NCBI GenBank assembly: GCA_963735035.1
Contig: CAVTJJ010000006.1
Span: forward strand, 160,001-224,000
Direction of reading: 5' to 3'
DNA: 64,000 nucleotides
From: an uncultured candidate division Zixibacteria bacterium
Lineage (GTDB): Bacteria; Zixibacteria; MSB-5A5; GN15; FEB-12
Shown here in pieces: positions 35,021 through 45,519 of this stretch. How positions within the stretch are numbered: the first letter of the stretch is position 1; each line of letters begins with the position of its first letter. A program made the position numbers and the translations under genes. A model generated the notes under the pieces. That model was not told the DNA's origin and made no database searches. It worked only from the letters and a program-made list of their open reading frames with translations.

Positions 35021-35608
35021 TTATTCCGGGTCTGGTTTGGGGAAGTGGGCTATTGTTGGCTGCTGGTGAGTGACATTTGTCTCGGTCAGTACCCGGGCAG
35101 GGCCGGCGATCAGTTCGTGAGACAAGACTGACCTGAAGCAACTCACCAGGGCATCAGGCAATTCACGCGGGCGGAATGATTGCGCCCATAGAGTGTGTTT
35201 GGCCCGAAGAACATCGTCAAATTGTCCCCGATAGCTTTCTTCAACTATCTTCTGATGTTGCTTTTCCGGCAAGGTCCAATTGACGTGAACTGATATCAAG
35301 AACACCCCTACGCTGTCGGGGTCGAGGCATTCCATTATTGACAGGAGATAAGTGTTGGCTTTGGTATACAGACGGAGCGCGAGACGCATCCGGAGACCGG
35401 ATTTCCGGGTCTGGTCGTCAGAAGGGATTGGAAACTCCTGTATGAGTTCATCCCAGGACGCAGCGCTGCATCCAGCGGGCAGTTTCAGATCGCCTAAATA
35501 TTTGAGAAGGTCGGCCTTAAGGGCAGGGATATTCACGGGTGGCACGGCCGCGACGGTTTCTCGGCCGCGGGCCTTCAACAGGTTCTCAATTTTTCCCGTG
35601 TTATTCAT
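35021..35608 (-). CDS. Hypothetical protein
   Basis: 195-aa ATG ORF filling the intergenic gap, with GAGG upstream; no recognised motif. Confidence 0.55.
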   Translation of the reverse strand: MNNTGKIENLLKARGRETVAAVPPVNIPALKADLLKYLGDLKLPAGCSAASWDELIQEFPIPSDDQTRKSGLRMRLALRLYTKANTYLLSIMECLDPDSVGVFLISVHVNWTLPEKQHQKIVEESYRGQFDDVLRAKHTLWAQSFRPRELPDALVSCFRSVLSHELIAGPARVLTETNVTHQQPTIAHFPKPDPE

Positions 35609-35811
35609 ACCGCTATTGCCTCAAATGAGTGTACATCAGATACATCGGCAGAAGTCTCCCCGGGATCAACCCTCGGTGACTTCATCCAGTCCGGAGCGGG
35701 TCTAGCCAGTCTTAACATTATTGCGCTAAACAAAGTCGGAGGGGTATTCGTAAGTAGGCTATTGTACGCGACCGTCGGTAACATGTGGCCAGGCACCAGG
35801 AGAATGTTTTC

Positions 35812-38193
35812 ATGTCAAAGTTCAAGTCCTTAACCATTGGTCTTATTTCTATAACATTGCTGGGGCAGGAGCTTATCTGGACGAGAATCTTCTCGGCAGA
35901 ATACTTCTATGCTTTCGCATTTCTCACTCTGTCTCTGGCGATAATGGGACTGGGGTTGGGAGCGCTGGCGCTTCGCCTGTTCCCGATTCTCAACCGGGAG
36001 GGTAGCTTTGGAGCCATGCTGACTCTATCCGGGTTGGCGGCATTGGTAGCCCCCCCTGCAGTAGTCGCCCTTGGACTGGATTTTTCGCAGCTCTTTACGA
36101 GCGGCGCCATGCTGGCCAAGTTCATTCTCACAATTGTCCTTCTAAGTTCATCGTTCTTCTTCGGTGGTGTCGCGCTGGCTTTTCTGTTTCGACAGAACCA
36201 TAAGGACATGCCCCGGTTATATATGGCCGACCTGATCGGCGCCGGACTTGGTGTCCTGGTCTCGATTCTGGTCATGAATCAGTACGGCACACCGGCTGCC
36301 ACGTTTCTGATCGCCCTGCCGATGCTTCTGGCGGCCGCCTTGAATGTTCGCGGAGCCTGGAAAGTAGTCCCGGCACTGCTCTTTGTCGGCGTCTTCTTTC
36401 TTCCGTCGCGCGCCGCCGGTCTGCTTGAAGCGCAACGCGAGGAACCCGCCCCGGTCATCTACAAGCACTGGGACGCGATGGCCAAACTGAAGATTTACGA
36501 TTTTCAGGGGGAAGCGCGCGGACTAAATATCGACAATGTTGCCAACACGCCGGTCTTTAAGTTCGACGGTGACTTTCGCGCCCTGGATACGACCGATCTC
36601 GGGTGGGACATTTCGGTGCGATATCTGGTCGGATTATTCGACTCGTGCACATTTCTCTCATTGGGCTCAGGCGGGGGCGGCGATGTTCTTCAGGCGCTGA
36701 ACGTGGGGGCTAAAGACATCTATGCGGTCGAGGTTCTCCCGCAGATCAATCATCTGATGCAGGATGAGGACACTTGCGGATTCATCGATCACACTCCGAA
36801 GCCGGCCGATTCGACTGTCGATACGACGTCTGTGGTAGCGGATTCGACGGCCGCAAAAGAGGCCAAGGAGCCGCCAGTGCCGATAATCCGTGACTCCACC
36901 GGACAGATCATCAGTTTGGCGAAATTCTCCGGCCATCTGTACTCCAGTCCTCGCGTCCATGTAGTTACCGAAGATGCCCGTACTTTCGTGCGACGGTATC
37001 CCGCCAAGTTTGACATCATTTTCTCCTGGAGCTCCAATACCTGGGCGGCTCTCGGTTCCGGTTCGTTCGCTCTGGCGGAGAACTATATCTTTACGAAAGA
37101 AGCTTTTCAGGATTACTGGCGTTCGCTCTCGGACAGTGGCTTTCTCTGCATGGAACACCAGATGTACATGCCAAGGCTGGTGACCGAAGTCATGGACGCC
37201 CTGACAGAGCTGGGTGTTTCCGATGTCAAGTCGCACTTCGCGGTGTATACGCTGCCGTCGCAGCGTCGCAAGCTTCTACTCCTGTCGAAACGACCTCTGA
37301 CCGAAGAGATCATCGCGAATGCCTACGGACCACTGACGCTGGAACGGGCCGAGACCATCCATCTGCTGTACCCGGCGGCGGACTCGCTGAAGAACAATAT
37401 CTACAATCGAATCATCAATGATGGGTGGCAGGCGGCGTCCGATTCGGCCAAAATCAATCTGTCGCCTTGCACCGACGATCGGCCGTTTGTCGCGCAGCTC
37501 GGAATGTGGAAGAACTTCGCGTGGGAGAAATTCGAGAAGCTGAACAACTATGCCGAGTTTGGCGGATTCCCCCTTTCCAAGATTCTCATACTCATCATTC
37601 TGATCGTGGCCGTTGTGCTAATATTGCCGCTTAATCTGATACCGTACTTCACTACGGGTCCAAGACTGCGCGGGGCGCCATGGTTGTATTTCTTCGCTAT
37701 CGGGGTGGCGTTCATGATTGTTGAGGTCGTGCTCATTCAGAAGTACGCTCTGTACATTGGGGCATCGGTGTATAGTATTGCCACCGTGCTGCTGACATTG
37801 CTAATTGGTTCTGGTATCGGGAGCCGGTTTGCTCGCCACGCCGGAGACCATGTGCCGTTTGTGGGCATATTGATCTGGCTGGCGCTGGATATACTCTTGT
37901 TCGGACACCTGACCGGAGCGCTCACTCAGTTTGCGGTGCTGGGCAGAGCAATGGTGGTGGTAGTTCTGATACTGCCCCTCGGCTTCTTCATGGGCATGCC
38001 GTTCCCGAAAGGGACGCTACGTGTGGGCGAATTGGTGGACTGGGGTTTCTCGGTGAACGGAGCGGCCTCGGTGATAGGCGGTACTCTGGCAGTGTTGATG
38101 GCCATCAGCTACGGCTTCACTTTTGCTCTCTTAGTCGGGGGTGGCGTTTACGTGATTGCCTGGTTACTGATGTCTCTGCGAAAAGCCTGGTGA
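35812..38193 (+). CDS. Membrane protein with spermidine-synthase-like SAM methyltransferase domain
   Basis: About 7 TM N-terminus (LYMADLIGAG); LGSGGGGD..AVEV; EDARTF..FDII; ENYIFT; 6 TM C-terminus (GMPFP); RBS AGGAG. Confidence 0.8.
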   Translation: MSKFKSLTIGLISITLLGQELIWTRIFSAEYFYAFAFLTLSLAIMGLGLGALALRLFPILNREGSFGAMLTLSGLAALVAPPAVVALGLDFSQLFTSGAMLAKFILTIVLLSSSFFFGGVALAFLFRQNHKDMPRLYMADLIGAGLGVLVSILVMNQYGTPAATFLIALPMLLAAALNVRGAWKVVPALLFVGVFFLPSRAAGLLEAQREEPAPVIYKHWDAMAKLKIYDFQGEARGLNIDNVANTPVFKFDGDFRALDTTDLGWDISVRYLVGLFDSCTFLSLGSGGGGDVLQALNVGAKDIYAVEVLPQINHLMQDEDTCGFIDHTPKPADSTVDTTSVVADSTAAKEAKEPPVPIIRDSTGQIISLAKFSGHLYSSPRVHVVTEDARTFVRRYPAKFDIIFSWSSNTWAALGSGSFALAENYIFTKEAFQDYWRSLSDSGFLCMEHQMYMPRLVTEVMDALTELGVSDVKSHFAVYTLPSQRRKLLLLSKRPLTEEIIANAYGPLTLERAETIHLLYPAADSLKNNIYNRIINDGWQAASDSAKINLSPCTDDRPFVAQLGMWKNFAWEKFEKLNNYAEFGGFPLSKILILIILIVAVVLILPLNLIPYFTTGPRLRGAPWLYFFAIGVAFMIVEVVLIQKYALYIGASVYSIATVLLTLLIGSGIGSRFARHAGDHVPFVGILIWLALDILLFGHLTGALTQFAVLGRAMVVVVLILPLGFFMGMPFPKGTLRVGELVDWGFSVNGAASVIGGTLAVLMAISYGFTFALLVGGGVYVIAWLLMSLRKAW

Positions 38194-38558
38194 CAAGAGT
38201 CGATCCGCCAGACCATGAAGATGACTTGACAGATTTTGAACTGTTGCTATATTGGGTCAACGAAAGTTCAATCGACTTTGAACCTCTTGGCAAGGCGAAC
38301 TCGCCGGAAAGGAAAATTTGTGACCATTGTAAGCATTCAGAGAGATGGCGCGCCCTTTTCGGGAGAAGTCTGCTAGGCTCGATCTTCTCTTAATCAAGAC
38401 CTAACTAATTTCCTCCCGGAGGCAGCTACCTCCTTCTATGTCCGGGTTGCGGGCTGAAGAGCGTCCGCGATTGCGAACTCATATTATCAATAACTATAGA
38501 CCGTCAGGAATTTGGCACTGTCCAGACTCCGTGTCGGTCTTAGCTGAGGAATATTGCG

Positions 38559-39665
38559 ATGGATTTGATTACGCTAGGCTGGGACGATTATTTCGCCCGG
38601 TATTTCGAATCATATGGAACAGACGATCTGGTTCCTGCACGCGTGGCGCAGGAACACAAGGGGATGTATACGATTTGGGCTGCGTGCGGTGAACGTCGCG
38701 CCCGCGTATCCGGTCGATTTCTGCACCAGGCGACCACCCGGGCGGAGTACCCGTCTGTGGGCGACTGGGTCGTGATCGGGAACGACGGGGGCGACGGCGA
38801 GGCGGTTATACATGCGTTACTGCCGCGCCGAAGTTGCTTCTCGCGCAAGGCGGTGCTTGCCGGCGGCCCGACTCATGGCGAAGGACGCACCGAGGAACAG
38901 GTGATCGCTTCCAATATAGATTTCGCCTTTCTGGTCAGCGGACTCGACAACGATTGGAATCCGCGCCGGATCGAGCGCTTTCTTTCGACCACATACGACA
39001 GTGGGGCGTCGCCGATCATCGTGCTCAACAAATCCGATGTCTGCAGCGACCTGGCGGGCCGGATAAGCGAGGTGTCCCGAACTGCCCCCGGAGTGCCCGT
39101 GCATGCCATGAGCGCGGTGGGACGGACGGGGCTCGAGGCGATTCGTGATTATCTCGCGCCCGGTCGCACAGGTGTGTTTTTGGGATCGTCCGGAGTCGGA
39201 AAGTCGACGATCATCAACGGACTGCTCGGAGAAGATCGTCTGGAAACCGGTGGCGTGAGTCTGCACGAGAGCCGGGGACGTCACACGACTACTCGACGAG
39301 AATTGATCGTACTTCCTGACGGCGGCCTGGTGATAGATACGCCCGGTCTGCGGCGCATTCAATTGTGGGGCGACGAAACCGGTATAGAACGCACCTATGC
39401 TGATGTCGAGCAGCTCATTGCTGGCTGTCGCTTCAGCGATTGTCGGCACGAGTCCGAGCCAGGCTGTGCCGTGAAAGAGGCGATCGAGGCCGGGAAATTG
39501 GATTCGGCTCGCTTTGCGGCGTATCTTCGGCTGCAGAAAGAACTCCGTAATCTGGTCTTGAGGCAGGACGCGCGGAATCAGAAGCTTGTTGATCGCGCCT
39601 TCGGTAAGAAAATTAACCGGATACTAAAAGAACGTGAGTTGCTCAGGAAGAAGGGTCTGGTGTAA
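38559..39665 (+). CDS. rsgA: Ribosome small subunit-dependent GTPase A
   Basis: VGDWV; NKSD; GSSGVGKST; GRHTTT; DTPG; CRFSDCRHESEPGC zinc finger. Confidence 0.96.
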   Translation: MDLITLGWDDYFARYFESYGTDDLVPARVAQEHKGMYTIWAACGERRARVSGRFLHQATTRAEYPSVGDWVVIGNDGGDGEAVIHALLPRRSCFSRKAVLAGGPTHGEGRTEEQVIASNIDFAFLVSGLDNDWNPRRIERFLSTTYDSGASPIIVLNKSDVCSDLAGRISEVSRTAPGVPVHAMSAVGRTGLEAIRDYLAPGRTGVFLGSSGVGKSTIINGLLGEDRLETGGVSLHESRGRHTTTRRELIVLPDGGLVIDTPGLRRIQLWGDETGIERTYADVEQLIAGCRFSDCRHESEPGCAVKEAIEAGKLDSARFAAYLRLQKELRNLVLRQDARNQKLVDRAFGKKINRILKERELLRKKGLV

Positions 39666-39668
39666 GGA

Positions 39669-40967
39669 CTAGCTTCCTTCGAGTGTAGCGATCTGTGCCT
39701 TAACCGGCTCGATATATTGTGCGTACTCAACCGGCGCCAGACGGACAAAGCTCCGATAGGCTTCGATGGCGTCTGCTTTCTTTCCCGCCTTTTGGCAGGC
39801 ACGCGCCAGGTTGTAGTAGATCATTCCGTCCTGCGGTTTCAGTACGAGGGCGCGGTGATAGTCGTCAATCGCACGGTCTAAGTCGCCCTGCTCGGCCCGC
39901 GTGATGCCACGACCGGCGTATACATCGGCGGCGCGGGCAGGATCTATGTCCAGAGCTACGCGGTAGTCGGGGACGTCCAGCAGCGAATCAAGCACATCGT
40001 ACGAAAATATCTTGGCGCCGTTGGCGTTCAGGTGGTGATTATCCTTAAAGTCGGTCCGGGAGTCCAGAGTCATCGCGGCGTTGAAATCATAAAGACGGGC
40101 GCCATGACTGTCCGCCAGATCGCCGAGATTAGCCATGACTTCGGAGTAGTTGGTGATGATCGGTCGCCATTCTTTGGGAATCGGCGCCACGACCAGAATT
40201 ACCTGTGCACCGCGAGTCCTGACGAAATCAATTATGTCAGCAAGATATTCTTTCTGCTGGTCGGGAATGTGTACGGCCGACGGTTTCTCGTTAAATGTTT
40301 CCTGATTGAAATTCTTCGCCGCGACTGCACCCTTGCCCAGATACGGATCCATGGGCCGATCCTGCATCTGGAAACTCTCGAATGGAGTCGTAAGCGAGCT
40401 TAATGCGCGAACGGCCATACTTGTCATAGCATGCGGATGCCCGGTGGCCAGGCTCATCTCGGCCATATCGAGTGACACCGGCGTGTTGATCATTAAGTCA
40501 TAAAATGACTCCACACCGTCTTTTTCGAGAATGTGAAGATTGACTTCAAAGACGACCAGCTTTGGATTGAGACGATCCCAATACCGGTCGAGCACATAGC
40601 GCGTGTTTAGCGGAGTCTGAGAGGGGCTCCCGAGGTTGAAAGTCTTCAATCCCAGGCGGTCGAAGACGTGCGGGGCAAACGAGTAATAACAACGCGACGA
40701 GCCGAGGAAGAGCACGTCGACATTGCGGGTTGTATCCGCCTCACGAAAACGGGTCAGGGTGTAGCCATATCCGCCGGGAAGCGTGAAATTGCGAGTGACG
40801 AACTGATAGAGGCTGTACCGCTCACCTTGATTCTCAGCAGCTGGCGCGGGTACAAGACTCAAAGCCCAGAGAGTCAGGAGACCTACCGGAATCAATCCGC
40901 CGATGAAACCCGACGTACGCTTCACGAAGCGCAAGGCATCAGAATTGGAAATAGATGAACGGCGCAT
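39669..40967 (-). CDS. SGNH/DUF1574-like O-acyltransferase partner with C-terminal TPR
   Basis: VLFLGSSR (block I Ser); FNLG; FKDNHHLN..GA (DxxH); TPR DLDRAIDDYHRAL..IYYNLA; overlaps the MBOAT gene. Confidence 0.7.
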   Translation of the reverse strand: MRRSSISNSDALRFVKRTSGFIGGLIPVGLLTLWALSLVPAPAAENQGERYSLYQFVTRNFTLPGGYGYTLTRFREADTTRNVDVLFLGSSRCYYSFAPHVFDRLGLKTFNLGSPSQTPLNTRYVLDRYWDRLNPKLVVFEVNLHILEKDGVESFYDLMINTPVSLDMAEMSLATGHPHAMTSMAVRALSSLTTPFESFQMQDRPMDPYLGKGAVAAKNFNQETFNEKPSAVHIPDQQKEYLADIIDFVRTRGAQVILVVAPIPKEWRPIITNYSEVMANLGDLADSHGARLYDFNAAMTLDSRTDFKDNHHLNANGAKIFSYDVLDSLLDVPDYRVALDIDPARAADVYAGRGITRAEQGDLDRAIDDYHRALVLKPQDGMIYYNLARACQKAGKKADAIEAYRSFVRLAPVEYAQYIEPVKAQIATLEGS

Positions 40968-42408
40968 GTTCGTACGCTCCGAATAAGATTATTGCCATGA
41001 CCGCGACATAGTAAACCGCCCAACGCATCCAGGCCGGTCGCGCGCTCAGGGCGTCACGGACTTCACCACGCCGTTGCCACATCTGTGCGGTGAGAAGTAC
41101 CGCGAGACAGGCGAACGCAACACTCAGGTCGAACCAGCCACGCGCGATATCATTGGTGTAGAACCCTCGGGCGAGATCGGCCGTTGCACTGGACCGATTA
41201 ATCGCCGGGATCCGACGTAGAATCAGTAGGGCATCGCTCAGGCTGTTGGCGCGGAAGAAAATCCAGGCGAAAACGACAAGATGAAACGTGATGAACATCT
41301 GGGTCCATTGATGCACGCGGGGATGTTTATCCAATGTGAAGAGAATAATCATCTTCCCTCTGAGGCGACGTGTCGCGTTCGACAGCACCATGTACGTACC
41401 GTGGAGGGCTCCCCAGATGAAGAACGTCCAGTTGGCGCCGTGCCATAGACCGCTCAGTACGAACACTACCATGAGGTTGTAATACCAGCGCCATTTCGGT
41501 TTCCGTTTGGCGCCGAGCGGTCCATAGACATAGTCCCGAAACCAAGTCGATAGAGAAATATGCCAGCGCTGCCAGAAATCGATAACCGTCTTGGCGAAAT
41601 ACGGTCGACGGAAATTTTCCATCAGACTATAGCCCATGACCTGGGCCGAGCCACGCGCGATATCGGTGTAACCGGAGAAGTCACAGTAAATCTGAAAGGC
41701 GAAGAAATAGGTCGCCAGAATCAAAGGCAGGCCGGTGAAAGCATCAGGGTGGTTGTATACCTGACTCACATATACGGCCAGTCGATCGGCTATCACGACC
41801 TTCTTGAAAAAGCCCCACAGGATCAACCGGAAGCCATCGACGGCACGGTCATATTCGAACTTGTGCTGCTCGCGAAATTGCGGCATCAGGTGAGTTGATC
41901 TTTCGATAGGTCCTGCCACCAGTTGCGGGAAGAACGCGACATAGACCGCGAATATGCCCAGATGTCGCTCCGGCGGACGGTCGCCCCGGTAGACATCGAT
42001 CGTATAGCTCAATGTCTGAAACGTGTAGAACGAGATGCCAACCGGAAGCAGGATATCGAACGTCGGAACGCCGTAGAAGACGTTGAAACTGTCACACAGG
42101 GCGCGAGCCGATTCGTTGAAGAAATCCAGATACTTGAATCCGATTAGCAGGCCAAGATTGGCGATCAGTGAGATAATCAGGTACTTTCTGCGGCCACTTC
42201 TTTCCTCGATTCTACCCATGCGCAAAGCAGACCAGTAGTCCACTATGGTCGAGCCGGCCAGTAAGACCGCATACTCTGGTCGCCAGCACATGTAGAAATA
42301 GTAGCTGGATAGCAGCAGCAGTACCCAACGGAATCGCTGCGGCAGCGTGAAATAGAGCGCGACTACGAGGGGGAAGAAGATCAGATATTGAAGCGAATTG
42401 AACTGCAT
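40939..42408 (-). CDS. MBOAT family O-acyltransferase (AlgI/PatA-like)
   Basis: MQFNS; LPVGISFYTFQ; FFPQLVAGPIER; QIYCDFSGY; FWQRWHISLSTWFRDYVY; SGLWHGA. Confidence 0.95.
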   Translation of the reverse strand: MQFNSLQYLIFFPLVVALYFTLPQRFRWVLLLLSSYYFYMCWRPEYAVLLAGSTIVDYWSALRMGRIEERSGRRKYLIISLIANLGLLIGFKYLDFFNESARALCDSFNVFYGVPTFDILLPVGISFYTFQTLSYTIDVYRGDRPPERHLGIFAVYVAFFPQLVAGPIERSTHLMPQFREQHKFEYDRAVDGFRLILWGFFKKVVIADRLAVYVSQVYNHPDAFTGLPLILATYFFAFQIYCDFSGYTDIARGSAQVMGYSLMENFRRPYFAKTVIDFWQRWHISLSTWFRDYVYGPLGAKRKPKWRWYYNLMVVFVLSGLWHGANWTFFIWGALHGTYMVLSNATRRLRGKMIILFTLDKHPRVHQWTQMFITFHLVVFAWIFFRANSLSDALLILRRIPAINRSSATADLARGFYTNDIARGWFDLSVAFACLAVLLTAQMWQRRGEVRDALSARPAWMRWAVYYVAVMAIILFGAYEHAPFIYFQF

Positions 42409-42486
42409 ATCGTTTGGGCATCCTGCCTTTCGCCTTGGCGCCGATCCTATTGTGCGGCGCGGGTGACATCAAGAACTTCGCTATTA

Positions 42487-42514
42487 ATGTCGGCGACTGT
42501 GTGGTGGGACTTTA
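42487..42514 (-). promoter_or_regulatory. sigma28-like promoter upstream of the MBOAT operon
   Basis: Minus strand TAAAG-N15-GCCGACAT. Confidence 0.45.
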
Positions 42515-42629
42515 GCGTGCTCGAGCGCCAGTTCAACCACAGTGTGTGAATCCACACGGAGGTTGCCGGGTATTGTTCTTAATATAACACTTCCGGTGAT
42601 TCCCGCAATCTATTCGTGCGTAAGTAGTT

Positions 42630-42662
42630 GCGGCGAGGTCGGCAACGCGCCGACCTCGCCGC
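42630..42662. repeat. Perfect 14-bp GC-rich inverted repeat (REP-like or terminator-like)
   Basis: GCGGCGAGGTCGGC-aacgc-GCCGACCTCGCCGC; no U-tract on either strand. Confidence 0.6.
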
Positions 42663-42688
42663 GGGTGGGTATCAACGGGGGAGGTAGA

Positions 42689-44902
42689 CTACAATTGCCG
42701 TTCTCTGGAATAACGGAACAAGTCGCCCCTGTGCTCCGCACAGACGATACTGTCAGTCACTCCGGCCTGTGTGGCCAGGCGCTTGAATTCCCGGTAGACA
42801 TATTCGGCATCGATGCCGTGCTCTGGGAAAGTCACGCGGGGATGAAGTTTGTTCAGGGTGTAGATGTCACCGGCACGGACCGCTTCCGGGGTGCCAATAC
42901 TGCAGCCTACTGTCGGCAGAAATGCCAGGTCGATCTTCGGCCAGCGAGCGGCGACCTTGTCGATCTCGGATGTGAAGGCGGCAGGAAGTTCAGGTACTGC
43001 CGCAGCGTGGTCACCGGCCTGGAATATGGTCAATCCGTCGACCTCAACGATGAACCCAACGCCGCCATCTGTGGAACGAATCGCCGATACTTTCATGCCC
43101 GGCAGATCGCTGGACTCCTCCGGGCCGACATAAGTGTAATCGAGCCTTTCCGGCGGGCGATGACCGAATACGTAGCTGATGTTGGGAATCTGCTCCTTCC
43201 AACTGAATATCGTGGTGTCGTAGTGATCACCGTGCTCGTGGGTGGAGAAGACCGTGACCGGCAAGCCGGCAATTTCGGTGGGGTCGACGAACCCATTGGC
43301 AAGTTGTGGCAAATCCGGTCGGGGTTCCGATCCTGTGTAATCGAAAATCAGGAAATGATTCCGTGTCTTGATGCCCCATCCTGAATGTCCGAGGTACCAG
43401 ATGGTAGCTGCACCGTTTCCAAGCGGCTCGGCGAGGACAGTCTTCGCATCATAGATTTCTGTGACCGGGTCGCTCTTGGCGCCATGGGCTCTAAGAACTT
43501 CGATGGACGGCTCCTGACCGTAGCGAGTGGCATAATAAAGCGGTGTGCGGCCGAGGCTGTCCCTGGCGTTGACTGTCGCGCCTCGGTCTATCAGCAATTC
43601 CACGACGTCCTTCTTGCCGGTCATAGCGGCAATATGCAGGGGAGTGCTGAGGCCATAGGCGGCGGTCAGATTCGGATTGGCGCCGGCGTCTAGCAGCATC
43701 CGAGATATGGCTAAGTTGCCCCCCCTGACCGCAGTGTTCAGCGGCGTGCTCCATCCGGGGCTTTGGCAATCGACCCTGGCTCCGCTGAACAAGAGAGTGC
43801 GAACTATGTTCGTGTCGTTCTGACCAGCGGCGAACTGAAGCGGACCGGAAGTGGTGTCGGTCAAGGCATCGACTTTGGATCCGTGCTCAATTAGCCAGCG
43901 AACCATATCGGGTTGACCCCAGATCGCCTGACATATAGGATTCCGGCCGCCGTTATCAGGGGCATTTATGTCGAAGCCTCGGGACAGGAGCATTTCCGCG
44001 ATCGGTATGTCCCCTTTTGCGGCGGCGATGTGCAGCGCATTTTCACCCTGGTCGTTGCGGTATTGCAGGTCGGCGCCCCGGTCGATCAGCAGTTTGGCAA
44101 CTTCGAGGTTGCCGCTCCAGATAGCAGAGTACAAAGCCGTGTGGCCCCACACGCTGGGAGCGTGATTAACATCAGCACCAAGATCCAGTAAGGCCTGTGC
44201 TACCTCCAATTTCCCACTTGATGCCGCCAGCATCAGTGGCGAGAAGCCGTTGCGGTCGGTCTGTTCAAGGTTGGCGCCGGCGGCGACTAACAGCCGCACG
44301 ATGGGCAAGCTGCCATTCATCGCTGCAAAGTGAAGCGGGCTGTAGCCGCCGCCATTGGGGGCGCTGATATCTAATTTCTGGTCCAGAAGGTATCGTACCA
44401 GAGGTTCCGCCCCAATGGAGGCGGCAATGTGCAGGCAGTTGGAGCCTCGGTTGCTGACGTCCGCCAGTGAGGCGCCGTGCTCAACCAGATACTTTACGAG
44501 TTCCAAATTTCCGCCGCGCGCTGCGCCCAATATCGGTGTATTGCCGTTATTGTCACGGGCCTTGAGAGAAGCTCCTCTCTCAACCAATAGGTGGACCGCT
44601 TCGGGCTTATTCAGCATGCACGCAACTATCAGCGGGGTCGTATTCTCGCGATCCCCGGCTTCGATATTGGCACCCTTTGATAAAAGCAGGGCGATTACCG
44701 ACGTTTGTCCTTCGGATGCCGCCAAATGAAGCGGCAAATTCAGGGCAGTGTCAGGTGCGGTCACGAGTGAGGGATTCTGGTCTATCAATTGACCGACTGT
44801 CGCCAAGTCTCCGGCGACGACAGCATCGTGAATCGGGTCTGCAAACAGTTCGGGGGCCAGGCTCAAGACGAGGGCTGCTGCGATAGTGGTGAGGCGAAAC
44901 AT
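42689..44902 (-). CDS. Exported ankyrin-repeat protein fused to a metallo-beta-lactamase-fold domain
   Basis: Signal peptide; about 13 ankyrin units (PLHLAA, TPLIVA, SPLHFAA, TPLHIAA); YLGHSG; THEHGDH; AGD. Confidence 0.85.
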   Translation of the reverse strand: MFRLTTIAAALVLSLAPELFADPIHDAVVAGDLATVGQLIDQNPSLVTAPDTALNLPLHLAASEGQTSVIALLLSKGANIEAGDRENTTPLIVACMLNKPEAVHLLVERGASLKARDNNGNTPILGAARGGNLELVKYLVEHGASLADVSNRGSNCLHIAASIGAEPLVRYLLDQKLDISAPNGGGYSPLHFAAMNGSLPIVRLLVAAGANLEQTDRNGFSPLMLAASSGKLEVAQALLDLGADVNHAPSVWGHTALYSAIWSGNLEVAKLLIDRGADLQYRNDQGENALHIAAAKGDIPIAEMLLSRGFDINAPDNGGRNPICQAIWGQPDMVRWLIEHGSKVDALTDTTSGPLQFAAGQNDTNIVRTLLFSGARVDCQSPGWSTPLNTAVRGGNLAISRMLLDAGANPNLTAAYGLSTPLHIAAMTGKKDVVELLIDRGATVNARDSLGRTPLYYATRYGQEPSIEVLRAHGAKSDPVTEIYDAKTVLAEPLGNGAATIWYLGHSGWGIKTRNHFLIFDYTGSEPRPDLPQLANGFVDPTEIAGLPVTVFSTHEHGDHYDTTIFSWKEQIPNISYVFGHRPPERLDYTYVGPEESSDLPGMKVSAIRSTDGGVGFIVEVDGLTIFQAGDHAAAVPELPAAFTSEIDKVAARWPKIDLAFLPTVGCSIGTPEAVRAGDIYTLNKLHPRVTFPEHGIDAEYVYREFKRLATQAGVTDSIVCAEHRGDLFRYSRERQL

Positions 44903-45078
44903 GTCATTCTCCTTAGGTGTCTATCCCAATCGTTGCGACAAAGAGATGGGCCGTGTGCGGTGAAGGCCGGGCCCTCTCTTAATATGTCTAACGGACCAGC
45001 GTGGAGAATCTTACAACGAAATCGACCAAACAGAGAGAATCAATGAAAGTCGTTTTGAGAATGGCAACTGAGCCGCGT

Positions 45079-45519
45079 TCAGCCCTCGAAATCGCCCAGC
45101 TTGGTCTTGTCCCAATCTTCGCCCAGGATTATCCGTCCTTCCTGCGAGGCATCGCGCGCAAATTCCTGGGGAACAAACAGGGTAATGGCGCCTTCGATCG
45201 GGGGAGTTGATGACATACCCAGGCTGGACCGGCCGAAATTTCCCGTATGGTCACTCAGAACCGCCGGGATGTCCTTGGACAGCAGCGCTTCCAGGACCAT
45301 GTCGGCGTACTGGGTCGACGAGAACCGGGCCAGCGGCACCCAGTTGTCGTAGCTCTCCATGGTGTCCGGTTCCTGAGGTTCTTCCCAGACTTCGGGTCCA
45401 CCGGATTCTTGAAATACTTCCGGCTCCAACGGAAGAGTCGGCACCAGTTTGACCTCACAGTCGGGGCACTCGCTGACAATGGGAAGATACTCGTAACGAC
45501 ACTTGGGACAGAACGGCAT
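45079..45519 (-). CDS. Zinc-ribbon plus DUF2007-like (putative signal transducing) protein
   Basis: MPFCPKCRYEY..CPDCEVKLV; A.MVLEALLSKDIPAV..LFVP. Confidence 0.7.
   Translation of the reverse strand: MPFCPKCRYEYLPIVSECPDCEVKLVPTLPLEPEVFQESGGPEVWEEPQEPDTMESYDNWVPLARFSSTQYADMVLEALLSKDIPAVLSDHTGNFGRSSLGMSSTPPIEGAITLFVPQEFARDASQEGRIILGEDWDKTKLGDFEG

Noticed and set aside
38190..38558. Short ORFs between the spermidine-synthase-like gene and rsgA
   Set aside because: No convincing RBS or motif; cannot be supported as coding.
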